Below, piece by piece: positions 27,329-37,140 of a stretch of DNA of 64,000 nt (the stretch's first letter is position 1; every line of letters starts with the position of its first letter). This DNA is from an uncultured virus (IMG/VR IMGVR_UViG_3300028107_000045). Lineage: Duplodnaviria > Heunggongvirae > Uroviricota > Caudoviricetes. The DNA lies in IMG/VR virus record IMGVR_UViG_3300028107_000045. One strand, written 5' to 3'. The translations under genes were made by a program, and so were the position numbers. The notes under the pieces were generated by a model. The model did no database searches, was not told where the DNA came from, and saw nothing but the letters and a program-made list of their open reading frames with translations.

Positions 27329-28234
27329 TTAACTGTACGTAACCGAGACTGAATGAACAGGCTCCGGTCCAACACTAACAGCACTTGGGTTACGAATAAC
27401 CTGTAGTCCAACGTTCTGGATTACCTCAGTTATTACCACAGGTTCCAGTATGAGCGCATTACGCGATTCGACGTCAGCCACCGGTTGAATGATCACTTCG
27501 GTGGAAGGCACCAATTCCAATACAGGAAGCCATGCATAGGAGTTATTGACTTTGGCATACGGACCAACACCCACTCCAACTACCGCCCCCAAGAAGTTGA
27601 GGTTATTACCACCCAAAGTTTGCTTGGCTACGCCGTTGACTCCGTTGAATAGAGAGTCGGCGGCGAGCACCGCCCATCTAGGGCCAGGGTAATTTATCGG
27701 AGCTCCAGATTTTAGGGAGTTCACCATGCACCCCAATTCAGACAAATTAACGTCAATTTGAGGTTGGGTGGTGGGGTTCCCCCAGTTGAAGCTTACCGAT
27801 AAGGCGGTAGGATCTGATTTATCTGATGCAAACACACGGACCCTGAAAGTACTGCCTTTAGCACTCACCAACCGCTGTTGATTAACGGGGCCATTAACTG
27901 ATTGGAACGCGCCGTTGTTATCAACACCATGGATTAAGCCGTTGTCATACAGCATGTTCCACCCGATACTGCTGGCAATATATTTCCGGGGGAAGAAGAT
28001 GACTTTCTTGTTGTAAATGGCTTTAACCCATTCGTTATTAATCGAGTTCTGCGTAGTACCTAAAAAGAACTTCAATTGTCGACGGAGCTCACTGTAATCC
28101 ATGAACTCGTCAACAGTAAGGGTACCGAAGTACCCCAGTTCCTCGTTACCATAAACGAGGGTCTTCTCTCCGGGACCGGAGTCGGGGAAGTAGGTTTTAC
28201 CTTTTGCCCCGCCTCCTGCTAATAGTTCAATCAC
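27329..28234 (-). CDS. tail fibre-associated protein, gp131-like family
   Basis: SGPGEKTLVYGNEELGYFG; WLPVLELV; MIELL N-terminus. Confidence 0.8.
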   Translation of the reverse strand: MIELLAGGGAKGKTYFPDSGPGEKTLVYGNEELGYFGTLTVDEFMDYSELRRQLKFFLGTTQNSINNEWVKAIYNKKVIFFPRKYIASSIGWNMLYDNGLIHGVDNNGAFQSVNGPVNQQRLVSAKGSTFRVRVFASDKSDPTALSVSFNWGNPTTQPQIDVNLSELGCMVNSLKSGAPINYPGPRWAVLAADSLFNGVNGVAKQTLGGNNLNFLGAVVGVGVGPYAKVNNSYAWLPVLELVPSTEVIIQPVADVESRNALILEPVVITEVIQNVGLQVIRNPSAVSVGPEPVHSVSVTYS

Positions 28235-28239
28235 GTTTG

Positions 28240-29166
28240 TTAACTCCTTTTGATATCGTAGGAGAAAAACTTACTAAGGATACCAGCAGCAGCCTGTCCT
28301 CCGTGCACCCAAATCTTGTCATCGTACACAACAGCACATGTCGCGCTAATACCAGATTCTAAATCCTTGAGGCGTTCCCAACCCATTGTGCCTAAGTCAA
28401 AAACATAAACTTCTTTGGACCGACCATTTACTGCATCAGTTCCACCGCCAACAATTATTCGATTACCTAGACTACCGCTGAACGTTTGTGCGCGACTCTG
28501 TCCACTTGGATGCATAGGTCCTTGTGACCAGACTTTGGTAATGAAGTCGTAAGTCCACATATACGGGGTCCCGGCCAATGTTCCGTTACCCCCATAAACC
28601 CAGAATTTATTACCAACAACACCGCCAGCTGCATACATCGAGGGGAAAGGTATATTTGGTAATATTGTCCATTTATCTGTGGCAGGATCCCATTCAACGA
28701 AAGTTTGTCTAGTCCTCGTGACACCGTTTACGGTTGTTCCATCTCCGCCAATCTGATAAAACTTACCATTGTACCAACCAGAAATATATCCGTAGCAAAC
28801 CCATTCAGGGGCTGTTCCTAAAGAGCGCCAAGCGTTTCCTGTTAACGCATATGCTTCTTTACGGTTACTCAACCCAACTGGTCGAATGTCACCATTAACC
28901 GCAATCAAAGCAGAATAACGCAACCCAGTAGTAGGTAACGGCGCCAGCACGGCCCATTGTTTGGTAAGGAAATTATATTTTTGGAAAGTGGTTGGATAGG
29001 CCCCGCTACCGTTTAGACCGCCCGCCATAAACATTTCATCCCCCACAGCTAATAAACTGTGGCCGTAGCGTTCTGGTTCCGTTGGGGCCGATGTCCAGAC
29101 CAACTGTTCGCCACTTTCTTGGGAACCACCCCCTACTTTGTTGCGGTGATTCAATAATTCAATCAT
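28240..29166 (-). CDS. Kelch-repeat beta-propeller protein
   Basis: About six repeats with GG...Y/W(D/N)....W spacing (MAGG, QIGG, VYGG, VGGG, VHGG). Confidence 0.9.
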   Translation of the reverse strand: MIELLNHRNKVGGGSQESGEQLVWTSAPTEPERYGHSLLAVGDEMFMAGGLNGSGAYPTTFQKYNFLTKQWAVLAPLPTTGLRYSALIAVNGDIRPVGLSNRKEAYALTGNAWRSLGTAPEWVCYGYISGWYNGKFYQIGGDGTTVNGVTRTRQTFVEWDPATDKWTILPNIPFPSMYAAGGVVGNKFWVYGGNGTLAGTPYMWTYDFITKVWSQGPMHPSGQSRAQTFSGSLGNRIIVGGGTDAVNGRSKEVYVFDLGTMGWERLKDLESGISATCAVVYDDKIWVHGGQAAAGILSKFFSYDIKRS

Positions 29167-29181
29167 GTCGTCACTCCAGCC

Positions 29182-29649
29182 TTATGCAGCCAAAGAGTAG
29201 ACTGGTTTTGGCTTAGTTGGTTTCTTGATCAGTCGGTTTAAGTTAACCCCGAACATAATAAACTTCTTCTTCCATGGAGTTACTTCCAACACGTCCATGG
29301 ACTCTTTCAGAATCTCATCGATCTCAGCACGGGTGACTGGTACCTGGTGTTCTACGCCATCACGCATTTCAATGATGTAGTACGTGGTGCACAGCTTGTC
29401 ATGCAAAGTAGTACACTGGGTATACTCTTCAATTGGTGGGAGTAACCACCAGAATATCCGTGGGATAGTTGCACCGTCAGTAATAAACCCGGTCTCCACG
29501 TCTACCCAGCGGTTAGAGTTCTCCGATCCAATGTAGTAGCGGTACCCAGGTAGAGCAGCATACAACGCTTTCCCTACTGCGTGGCTAAGACTCCGCTGGT
29601 AAACCAACTGTTCTTCTGCACTGAAACGCGTGAATGTGCTCATACTCAT
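29182..29649 (-). CDS. DUF1353 family protein
   Basis: VETGFITDGATIPRIFWW..LHDKL motif. Confidence 0.85.
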   Translation of the reverse strand: MSMSTFTRFSAEEQLVYQRSLSHAVGKALYAALPGYRYYIGSENSNRWVDVETGFITDGATIPRIFWWLLPPIEEYTQCTTLHDKLCTTYYIIEMRDGVEHQVPVTRAEIDEILKESMDVLEVTPWKKKFIMFGVNLNRLIKKPTKPKPVYSLAA

Positions 29650-29654
29650 TTATC

Positions 29655-31679
29655 CTAGAAAGGGGTTGGGGTGTAGTTGTCACTATAACGAGCAAACAGA
29701 CTGAACCGTGCTTTACCACGTTTAGCTGGCATGGTAATGGCGTTTGCACCGTAACCACCCAGTCTAATATACTTAACTGCAGTCAGGGAAGCGTTAGAAG
29801 CAAACGAGGCTGCAGTGTAGTTCGAACTTGTTCCGTTGGCTAACATCTCTTTCACGCCATCGACGTACAGAGAGATCTGCCCAGCAACCGAAACCAAGGC
29901 GTAGTTTTTCAGTACCCCGTTAACAGCTGATTTAGTAAACCGACTGTTCCAGACTACTGCTGCCGTAGCCATGTTGCCACCTAACTGGAAGCGTTCGCCA
30001 TACCCAGAGTTACCATAGCGTGCGCAAACAGCTTCTAAACCTGCCGTAGATAACAAGGCAGTATCCGCTACGTAGCCTGCCAGCACACTAGCCTCGTTAC
30101 GAGAAGACCATTCAAGAGTCCAGTCACGTGCCGACAAATCAAGCGGTTGATCAAACTCCCAAGTAATGTTGTCCAAGTTACCAAGCGGCAAGGACACCGT
30201 TACATCACCAATGGATGGCGGCTCTTCGCGAATGACACCGGAAGTAACGTTGGCTTTCCCGCTAAGAGAAACCCCGCTGCTACCTGGATCAAAAGTAAAG
30301 GAATCATTCCAATTACTTGAGATGGGCTCAACGTTAGGGTCCCCCTCGACGACTAGGGTCATCCGGAAATGTTGGTTGTAACCGCTAGCATCTGCCTTAG
30401 TAAGACTCAGTAAACTGGTGTAGTTAGTACCGCCAGTATAACCACGAATTGCCGCGAAGGTAGGAGCAGAGCCGCGAGTACCAGGGCCCATATGAACAAT
30501 GTTCATGTTAAGCTGTGCCGCGGTATACCGTCCCCACTGACCACTTCCCGGGAACGCAACGTTTACCATCAACCGACCCAGTAGATCAGAGTACTCGTTA
30601 TCCGAAGCAACCGGGTCACCGTTTTCAAACGGGTCAGCCGACATAGTCGTGGCGCGAGGGATCAACTTGAATACTTTGTTCTCGCTATTCCAGGTCAGTG
30701 GTTTGTACTGATTTACTGGAGTAGCTGCTGGGTACTTGCCATTGTCGTTGGTTCCGTAAATGCCACCAGCTGCATACAGGTTGTTCCAAGTCAGCCCAGA
30801 ACAGTAAGTGTTTTTCCCAATAAAGATAACCTTACCTTTATAGAAGAACTTTAACCACCCTTGGTCAGCACGAGTAGTACCTGCTGCATGACCCAAGTGA
30901 GTTTTCAATTGGGCGTTGGTTACCATCTCCGAAGCAGCTACTTCACCGAAGAAACCCAACTGCTCATTACCAAATGCCAACGTCTTGCTACCAGGTCCAG
31001 AACCAGGATAGTACTTGGTAGGACCTACCAGCTCTAACACCGGACGCCATCCGTAATGATCTTGTGCGGATGAGGCAGCTCCGTCAGACTTGAGCACGTA
31101 GTTAAATATGGATAAGCTGGTATTCCCACGAGCAACCGCGTTACCAGCGTTCTCGACAAGAGCTTCTTGGCACAGGGTCATGCGGCCGGTGGCGGACACT
31201 GCGATGCTCAAGTCTGACAAAGGGAATGCCACAAAGTTCGGTGCTAACCCAGGGTTACCTACAGCTACCCGGTGGATTAAACGGTTCCACTCAGAAGGTG
31301 CTGCTTCTGGAGGGTTGTTCTGTGACATGGACGTGTTCCACTCGGTGGGGTCTTTCTCGGCCCCGCGCAACAACCGTACTTTGTAGGTGTTACCCTGAAC
31401 GCTAATCAAACGTTCGCCGTACATGATCAGCGCTGCTTCTAACTGGTTCCATGACAAACGGTAGCGTAAAGTTTTCTTAGCAACGAGGAGGGTTTCGCCT
31501 TCTTGCTTTTTAAATTTCAACCAGCCTGCGTCACTGTTAGAGACCTGTCCGCTAGTTAACCCCAACATTGATGCCAAAGCGACACCATCAATGAAATTAA
31601 CACTGGTAACTTCGCCTAAATACTGATCACCCGGCCAAGGGTAGATATCACTTTTCCGTGGTAGTAATACTTCAATCAT
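29655..31679 (-). CDS. tail fibre-associated protein: two gp131-like domains plus C-terminal ConA/LamG-like domain
   Basis: Two GEV..GWLKF repeats and GWRPVLELV; C-terminal DWTLEW..ALV..ISLYVDGV..RFSLFARY. Confidence 0.8.
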   Translation of the reverse strand: MIEVLLPRKSDIYPWPGDQYLGEVTSVNFIDGVALASMLGLTSGQVSNSDAGWLKFKKQEGETLLVAKKTLRYRLSWNQLEAALIMYGERLISVQGNTYKVRLLRGAEKDPTEWNTSMSQNNPPEAAPSEWNRLIHRVAVGNPGLAPNFVAFPLSDLSIAVSATGRMTLCQEALVENAGNAVARGNTSLSIFNYVLKSDGAASSAQDHYGWRPVLELVGPTKYYPGSGPGSKTLAFGNEQLGFFGEVAASEMVTNAQLKTHLGHAAGTTRADQGWLKFFYKGKVIFIGKNTYCSGLTWNNLYAAGGIYGTNDNGKYPAATPVNQYKPLTWNSENKVFKLIPRATTMSADPFENGDPVASDNEYSDLLGRLMVNVAFPGSGQWGRYTAAQLNMNIVHMGPGTRGSAPTFAAIRGYTGGTNYTSLLSLTKADASGYNQHFRMTLVVEGDPNVEPISSNWNDSFTFDPGSSGVSLSGKANVTSGVIREEPPSIGDVTVSLPLGNLDNITWEFDQPLDLSARDWTLEWSSRNEASVLAGYVADTALLSTAGLEAVCARYGNSGYGERFQLGGNMATAAVVWNSRFTKSAVNGVLKNYALVSVAGQISLYVDGVKEMLANGTSSNYTAASFASNASLTAVKYIRLGGYGANAITMPAKRGKARFSLFARYSDNYTPTPF

Positions 31680-31691
31680 ACAAAAACCCTC

Positions 31692-31725
31692 TAAGGAGCT
31701 AGGTGGGCACCCACCTAGCTCCTTA
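31692..31725. terminator. intergenic hairpin
   Basis: TAAGGAGCTAGGTGGG-ca-CCCACCTAGCTCCTTA. Confidence 0.7.
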
Positions 31726-31745
31726 TTTTGGTACGGAGTGATGGG

Positions 31746-32402
31746 CTATTTCAGTTCAAACATCTCGGCAGGGATCTCCGGGAATGCTTCTTTACTGGTC
31801 GCTGCTTTAGTAGCGTCTTTCAGGTCCCAGTACTTGCGCATGCCTTCTTGAACATGGATGTTAGCCAAGTTCGACACACGCACTACTTCTTCCGCATCCA
31901 GGGTTACCCCTACGTCTTCGTATACACGGAAGTCCACACTGAACGGAGTAGCTTCTTCGAGTGCTTCCTTAGCCAGTACACGCAGCGCAGTGATGAAGGT
32001 CAGATCCTTATTACGAATCTGAACGTAGTAAAGATCAGTACCGCCGTTGAACAGACAAGGAAAACCTTTTTCGAAATTGGTAATCCGGAACTGTTCAATG
32101 TTGGACAGGTGTTGGGCGCGCTCGCTGGACAGCTGCGCACTTACTTCCATCTCGTCGAAGGCACGCACGATGTAAGTACGACGCCATTCGTCATCTACCA
32201 GTTCAGGGGCACCCTCGATAACAACGTCACCTGCTGGAACTGGAGTGTCAACCACCACATGGTAGCCAAACTCTTCCAACAGATCAGATTCGGTTTGTTC
32301 ACCGAACGAACCAACCAAACGGGAACCCATTTGACTGAGGAACACTGGGTATTCACCTGTCGCTACGCAGATCAAGCGGGTGTTTGCAGTTACAATGGTC
32401 AT
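31746..32402 (-). CDS. putative tail fibre assembly protein
   Basis: EYPV..L.EFGY..V.EGAPELVDDEWRRTY pattern typical of fibre chaperone-like genes; directly downstream of the fibre gene. Confidence 0.65.
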   Translation of the reverse strand: MTIVTANTRLICVATGEYPVFLSQMGSRLVGSFGEQTESDLLEEFGYHVVVDTPVPAGDVVIEGAPELVDDEWRRTYIVRAFDEMEVSAQLSSERAQHLSNIEQFRITNFEKGFPCLFNGGTDLYYVQIRNKDLTFITALRVLAKEALEEATPFSVDFRVYEDVGVTLDAEEVVRVSNLANIHVQEGMRKYWDLKDATKAATSKEAFPEIPAEMFELK

Positions 32403-32423
32403 AGAAACCTCTTGTGTTAAGGC

Positions 32424-32444
32424 GGGGGTAGGGTTACTACCCCC
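32424..32444. terminator. CTAC-family hairpin
   Basis: GGGGGTAG-ggtta-CTACCCCC. Confidence 0.55.
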
Positions 32445-32451
32445 AACCTAC

Positions 32452-35400
32452 TTAGTTGAGCAGACCAGGACCTTTGGAACCGATCCAGACTTCGCCATCC
32501 CAGGTGAACAGGATGAGGTTCTTAGTACCAGTCAAGCTAGGGATGGTGTTCTGATCCCACTTGATGTTGGTACCACCGTAGCTGATTGCACCAGCCACAC
32601 CCACTACTTCCAACACCACGCACATGCCACGAGTGGCACCGTGGTTGTTGATGCTAACGACTTTGGCCGTGGCACCGGAGTTATCCAGTTTCACGAACTG
32701 TTCCTTTGCAGGATCGATGGTCAGCGTAGCGTTGGCCGTTTTGATCAGCAAGTCGTAGCGGTCGAAGGACTTCCACTCACCAGCGATTTGCACAAACTGC
32801 AGACCAGCAGTGGCGGGAGGCAGCAGGAACTTGACCCAGGTTTTATCGCTTGGCTTACGCAAGTAAGTAGCGGTGGCTTCTGGATCGGCTGGATCGGCTA
32901 CCCCAGTAGGGAACACGATTTCACGCCATTCTGGTTTCTGCGAACCAACTGGGAAAATACGCACATACTGCTTGTCGTCTTTCAACGTCAGGTCAGCAAT
33001 CGACTCAGGGAAAACGATTTCCTTGTAGGTCGGTTCATCAGCACCGATCTCCCACACACGGACGTATTGCTTACCGTCAGCGGTTGGTACATCTGGGAAC
33101 TCAGGGAAGGCAATCAGTACCCACTCGGTTTCGTCTTCAGAACCTTCTTTCAATTGGCGAGCATACAGACCACCAGCCACAGGTCCTTCTACTTCTTCGA
33201 CGTCTGGGCGAACCCACTCAGAACCGTAACGCAACACCTTACCTTGCGACAACAGCGGCGAGTTAACGTCACCAGCCACCAAGGTGTTCCAGAACACCCA
33301 GCCAGAAGCAGCAGTTTTGTACCAGACCTTCAGGTTCTTGGTAACAGCCCAGTCACCCACACGACCATTGAAGGCGTTGGATGGTTCATCCTGGCCCTCT
33401 GGGAGAACCAGCCACTGGCTACCTTTCTCACCCTTGTCACCTTGCTTACCTGGAAGACCTTCACCGGTGTCACCTTTCTCACCACGCAGACCGGACGGGC
33501 CAGTGTTCTGCCAGGAGTTGGTGTCAACGTTCCAGATAACCAGGTCACGGCCTTCGGCAGTAACGATCAGGTAAGCGTCACCACGAACACCAGTTGGGTG
33601 CGCGGCAGTCAGTTCACCCATGGTGTTGTAGAGACCCAGGATAGGCATCAGGGCACCAGGGGTACCTTGTTTACCTTCCGGACCTTCTTCACCAATCATG
33701 TCGATCGGATCAGACCACTGGTCATCCACCTTGACGTAAGCCAGTTTGGTGTCAGCAGTAAACCACATGTCACCTTCTTCCACTTCTCCAAGTGGAGGCA
33801 GGTCTGCTACCGTAGCAACAGTACCGCGTGGTTTTAGGGCAGGGCCCATAGCACCCTTTTCACCAACGGACAGCGCACCAGCTTTCTTCCACTCGTCGTT
33901 GACGTTGATCCACATTTGACCGTCTTGGTCCACATAGGACTTGCCACGGTTGGATTCATCAGCTACCGGAGGGGTTGGGTTCTCTGGAGTGAGTACTTCG
34001 ATGATCTCAACGGACTTGCCGTCTTTACCATCGGTACCGTCGGTACCGTTCTCACCATCGGCACCTTTGAAGACACCCATGTTGGCCCATGCGCCCTTGA
34101 CGAAGGCATACACCGCGTTCTCGTCACGGACACCATAGACGTCCTGGTCTACAGGGTTACCAGGCAGGTCTTCGAAGGTAGCCACCACATCCTTGAGGAT
34201 AATGTTGGTACCATCTTTACCTACGATACCGTCTTCGCCCTTGAACTTACCGATCTTTTCCCACGCACCGTTGATACGGGTGTAGATGGCGTTCTCTTCG
34301 CGTACGGCGTAGGACTGTTGATCCTGTGGATCGGCAATCAGTGCCAGATCAGCCAGGGTTTCAACAGTACCTTTCAGGGTGACGTACTTGGCGTCTTCCC
34401 CTGGATCACCCTTGTCGCCCTTGATGGACTCACCTGGATCACCTTTCTCACCCTGGAACTTGCCCAGGAAAGACCAGACACCTTTGATGCGACCGTACAG
34501 ACTGTTGGTGGTGGTTACCGAGTAAACTTCCTGGTCGTCTGCCACTTCTGGCAGTTCTTCCATGGTAGCCACGGTACCGGTCAGAACGATGTTGATACCG
34601 TTAGTGCCGTTGGTACCATTAGTACCATTGGTGCCGTCGGTCCCTTTGAAGCTACCCAGTTCTTCCCACTTGTCTACGATGAAGCCGTAGATAGTGTTGG
34701 TGTCACGTACCGAGTAGATGTCTTGGTCTTCTGGATCACCTGGGAGATCAGCAAAGGTGTCAACCGCACCGGTAAGTATCAGGTTGCGACCGTCTTTACC
34801 AACGATGCCATCCTTACCGTTGAACTTACCAAGGTCAGTCCAGCCCGGGCCTGGTTGGATGAACATCCACAGGTGGTTGGTGTCTTGGGCAACGTAAGCG
34901 TCCTGGTCAACAGGATCTGCGATGCCGGCCAGTTCAGCTTCGGTAGCAACAGTGCCTTTAACAGCTACGCTGCGGCCGTCGTTACCTGGGTCGCCTTTGT
35001 CACCTTTGATGCTGTCGCCCTTAGGGCCCGGCTCGGTAGATTTCAGGGTGGCCAAGAAGTCCGACTCGGTACCTACGTTACCTTGTTGCAGCCAGATCTC
35101 GTAGTTGGACTTAGCACGAATGCTGGTCAACCATTCGGCCTCGGTACCAACAAAGCCGTTACGCACGGCTACTTGGTAGGCGTCTTTACCTTCCAGGGAC
35201 TTCAGGTATTGAGCCTGGGTCTTGCCCTCGTTACCGGGGACAGTCAACCAAACTTCGTATGCCGAAGCACCTTCTGGACCACGGATACCCAGACCTTCCC
35301 AACGGTTAGGTTGTGGGACCAGGATCCACAGGTCGTTGTTCCAGATGTAAGCGTCGCCTACGAAGTTATCTTCTACTTCTGGCAGCGGGACGCCATTAGG

Positions 35401-35787
35401 CCATACGCCCAAGAGGTTCAGGCCACGCTCACCGCGCAGGGAACCCGAGGAAGCCCACTCAGTACCGTTCCACGCACGCAGAGCGAAGTCTACGAAGTAG
35501 CAGGTACCAATCTGCAGATCTTCAGTAGGAATGGCCAGCAGGGTGTCTTCGTCAGGCAGGTAACCTTTCAGAACCAGGCCATTGAGCGACAGTGCTTCCA
35601 GTTGCTCTTTCAGCCAACGGGTACGAGCATCGAGTGCGCGAGCGTGGAAGTTGGAAGCGCCCTTACCGTCGTCGCCACCACGGACGATAACGTCGGTGAT
35701 AATGGCGGGTAAGTGCTCTTCCCATTTTGCTTCTTCGACGATAGCCGGCAGGTCGCCTGGGACTACGTTTTCGTCATTAAAGGCCAT
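32452..35787 (-). CDS. collagen-like tail fibre protein
   Basis: 1111 aa; many Gly-X-Y runs alternating with ~55-60 aa globular repeats; G.SAYEVW...G..GTE..WL motifs; C-terminal IKW....P......FTWDG domain. Confidence 0.9.
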   Translation of the reverse strand: MAFNDENVVPGDLPAIVEEAKWEEHLPAIITDVIVRGGDDGKGASNFHARALDARTRWLKEQLEALSLNGLVLKGYLPDEDTLLAIPTEDLQIGTCYFVDFALRAWNGTEWASSGSLRGERGLNLLGVWPNGVPLPEVEDNFVGDAYIWNNDLWILVPQPNRWEGLGIRGPEGASAYEVWLTVPGNEGKTQAQYLKSLEGKDAYQVAVRNGFVGTEAEWLTSIRAKSNYEIWLQQGNVGTESDFLATLKSTEPGPKGDSIKGDKGDPGNDGRSVAVKGTVATEAELAGIADPVDQDAYVAQDTNHLWMFIQPGPGWTDLGKFNGKDGIVGKDGRNLILTGAVDTFADLPGDPEDQDIYSVRDTNTIYGFIVDKWEELGSFKGTDGTNGTNGTNGTNGINIVLTGTVATMEELPEVADDQEVYSVTTTNSLYGRIKGVWSFLGKFQGEKGDPGESIKGDKGDPGEDAKYVTLKGTVETLADLALIADPQDQQSYAVREENAIYTRINGAWEKIGKFKGEDGIVGKDGTNIILKDVVATFEDLPGNPVDQDVYGVRDENAVYAFVKGAWANMGVFKGADGENGTDGTDGKDGKSVEIIEVLTPENPTPPVADESNRGKSYVDQDGQMWINVNDEWKKAGALSVGEKGAMGPALKPRGTVATVADLPPLGEVEEGDMWFTADTKLAYVKVDDQWSDPIDMIGEEGPEGKQGTPGALMPILGLYNTMGELTAAHPTGVRGDAYLIVTAEGRDLVIWNVDTNSWQNTGPSGLRGEKGDTGEGLPGKQGDKGEKGSQWLVLPEGQDEPSNAFNGRVGDWAVTKNLKVWYKTAASGWVFWNTLVAGDVNSPLLSQGKVLRYGSEWVRPDVEEVEGPVAGGLYARQLKEGSEDETEWVLIAFPEFPDVPTADGKQYVRVWEIGADEPTYKEIVFPESIADLTLKDDKQYVRIFPVGSQKPEWREIVFPTGVADPADPEATATYLRKPSDKTWVKFLLPPATAGLQFVQIAGEWKSFDRYDLLIKTANATLTIDPAKEQFVKLDNSGATAKVVSINNHGATRGMCVVLEVVGVAGAISYGGTNIKWDQNTIPSLTGTKNLILFTWDGEVWIGSKGPGLLN
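34060..34990 (-). repeat. five tandem ~57-codon repeats within the fibre gene (approximate bounds)
   Basis: Unit GxVxTxxxL...DQ(D/E/Q)xYxV.(D/E)xN.....W..(L/I/M)GxFxG plus collagen triplets; includes a GTNGTNGTNG 9-nt repeat near 34600-34640. Confidence 0.85.
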
Positions 35788-35803
35788 TTAAGGTCTCCTT
35801 GGA

Positions 35804-36370
35804 TTAGTAGCGGATGGTACCGTCGTAGCGGAACTGGCCGTTGTAACGAGGGATATCGTCATAGAGACTTTCAGTGGTCTCGATAGCACCAATGATATTA
35901 AGGCCGTCAACCGTTACAGCAAAGGTCTCAGGGCTTACTTCGGTGTCGTCATTACCAATTTCATAAAGAGCACCGGCCATGAATACGTCCAGGACGTGTT
36001 CTGCCTCTTTCTTACCCTTCATTACTACGATGTGTGCTTTACCTTCCGTGTCGAGGTATAAACCTTCCGTTTGTTTCGGGAGATCGTCTACCGCGACAGG
36101 GGTGTTTGCTGTCCATTGCATGACATCATGGATGGCGACATCAGCAGCGTAGAACATTTGGTTCTTACTGGTGAATACACCGGCCTTTTCGATGTCATAC
36201 GAAACAGCAACTTGCCCCTGTGGTCCTGTAACACGCTTACCGTTAGTGATAACAATATCACCGAGGGTGAGTGTCTGAAACATTTGCACGAGTGCTGGTT
36301 TATCGGCGTAGCGTTCGACGTTTACTTCGATAAATTTATCCAGCACCAATTGTTGGTTGGGGATGGCCAT
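35804..36370 (-). CDS. putative virion protein, first gene of the tail module
   Basis: AGGA RBS before ATG 36370; C-terminal YNGQFRYDGTIRY; paralog of 10395-10988. Confidence 0.75.
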   Translation of the reverse strand: MAIPNQQLVLDKFIEVNVERYADKPALVQMFQTLTLGDIVITNGKRVTGPQGQVAVSYDIEKAGVFTSKNQMFYAADVAIHDVMQWTANTPVAVDDLPKQTEGLYLDTEGKAHIVVMKGKKEAEHVLDVFMAGALYEIGNDDTEVSPETFAVTVDGLNIIGAIETTESLYDDIPRYNGQFRYDGTIRY

Positions 36371-36521
36371 AGTGGTTTTCCTGATTGCTGGTCGCCTTAA
36401 GGGTTTGGGCATAACATTGCTTAAAAATAGAATTGGTTATTAGGGTTAAAAAATAAAAGTAATATTTAAAAACCGTGTTATAATTCTTTAGACTAATTTT
36501 GTCGGGGTAGGGGGTTTTATA

Positions 36522-36782
36522 GTGAGCTCAGTTGTATCACTCAGGAACAAGTATACGTTAGAACACCGTACAGTGCTATTGAAGGATATTGCTGAGGCAC
36601 AGTTTGAATACCTTAGATTGGCTAAGGAAGCAGCTGATTGCCCTTGGTGGCGTCCAGGTAAACGCACTTTCTTAATACAGGAAGCTAGCAAGATAATGAG
36701 TAACATCAAAAAAGCTATAGCGTTGTATAACAGTCAATACAAGCAACCGTTAATCGTAATGGCCAGAATTACGACCGGTTAA
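36522..36782 (+). CDS. small protein, N-terminal motif family (MSSVVSL)
   Basis: GTG start after a G-rich RBS-like stretch. Confidence 0.65.
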   Translation: MSSVVSLRNKYTLEHRTVLLKDIAEAQFEYLRLAKEAADCPWWRPGKRTFLIQEASKIMSNIKKAIALYNSQYKQPLIVMARITTG

Positions 36783-36819
36783 TTTCTGGAAAGTCTTGGA
36801 TCTATATTACCTGGATGAA
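36778..36819 (+). promoter_or_regulatory. phiKZ-type early promoter
   Basis: GTTAA-N20-TATATTAC. Confidence 0.75.
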
Positions 36820-36865
36820 TGTAGCAGTAGATCATTTGATCTACTAATCACTTGAGGGTAAGGTA

Positions 36866-37126
36866 ATGACCAACGTAATCAATTTTGCTGATCGTATAAA
36901 TGCAATGGCTATGGCTAAAGAAGCCGCACGCGTAGCACGCCGTGATCGGGTTATCGCGGTGTATGAACTGAATTGCGATATCGAAAGGGTTGAACATCAG
37001 ATCCAGACTTTCATGGATCTCAGCAAAGAGTTTACCCGTGCGGACGATAAGTTCATTGCGCTGTCCATGGCTAATGACGAACGTCGTAAACTGGCTGAAC
37101 TCCGTCAACAACTGGCTGCTATGTAA
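36866..37126 (+). CDS. small helical protein, motif family (MTNVINF)
   Basis: GAGG/AAGG RBS; coiled-coil-like. Confidence 0.8.
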   Translation: MTNVINFADRINAMAMAKEAARVARRDRVIAVYELNCDIERVEHQIQTFMDLSKEFTRADDKFIALSMANDERRKLAELRQQLAAM

Positions 37127-37140
37127 TCGAGGTAATCGTA

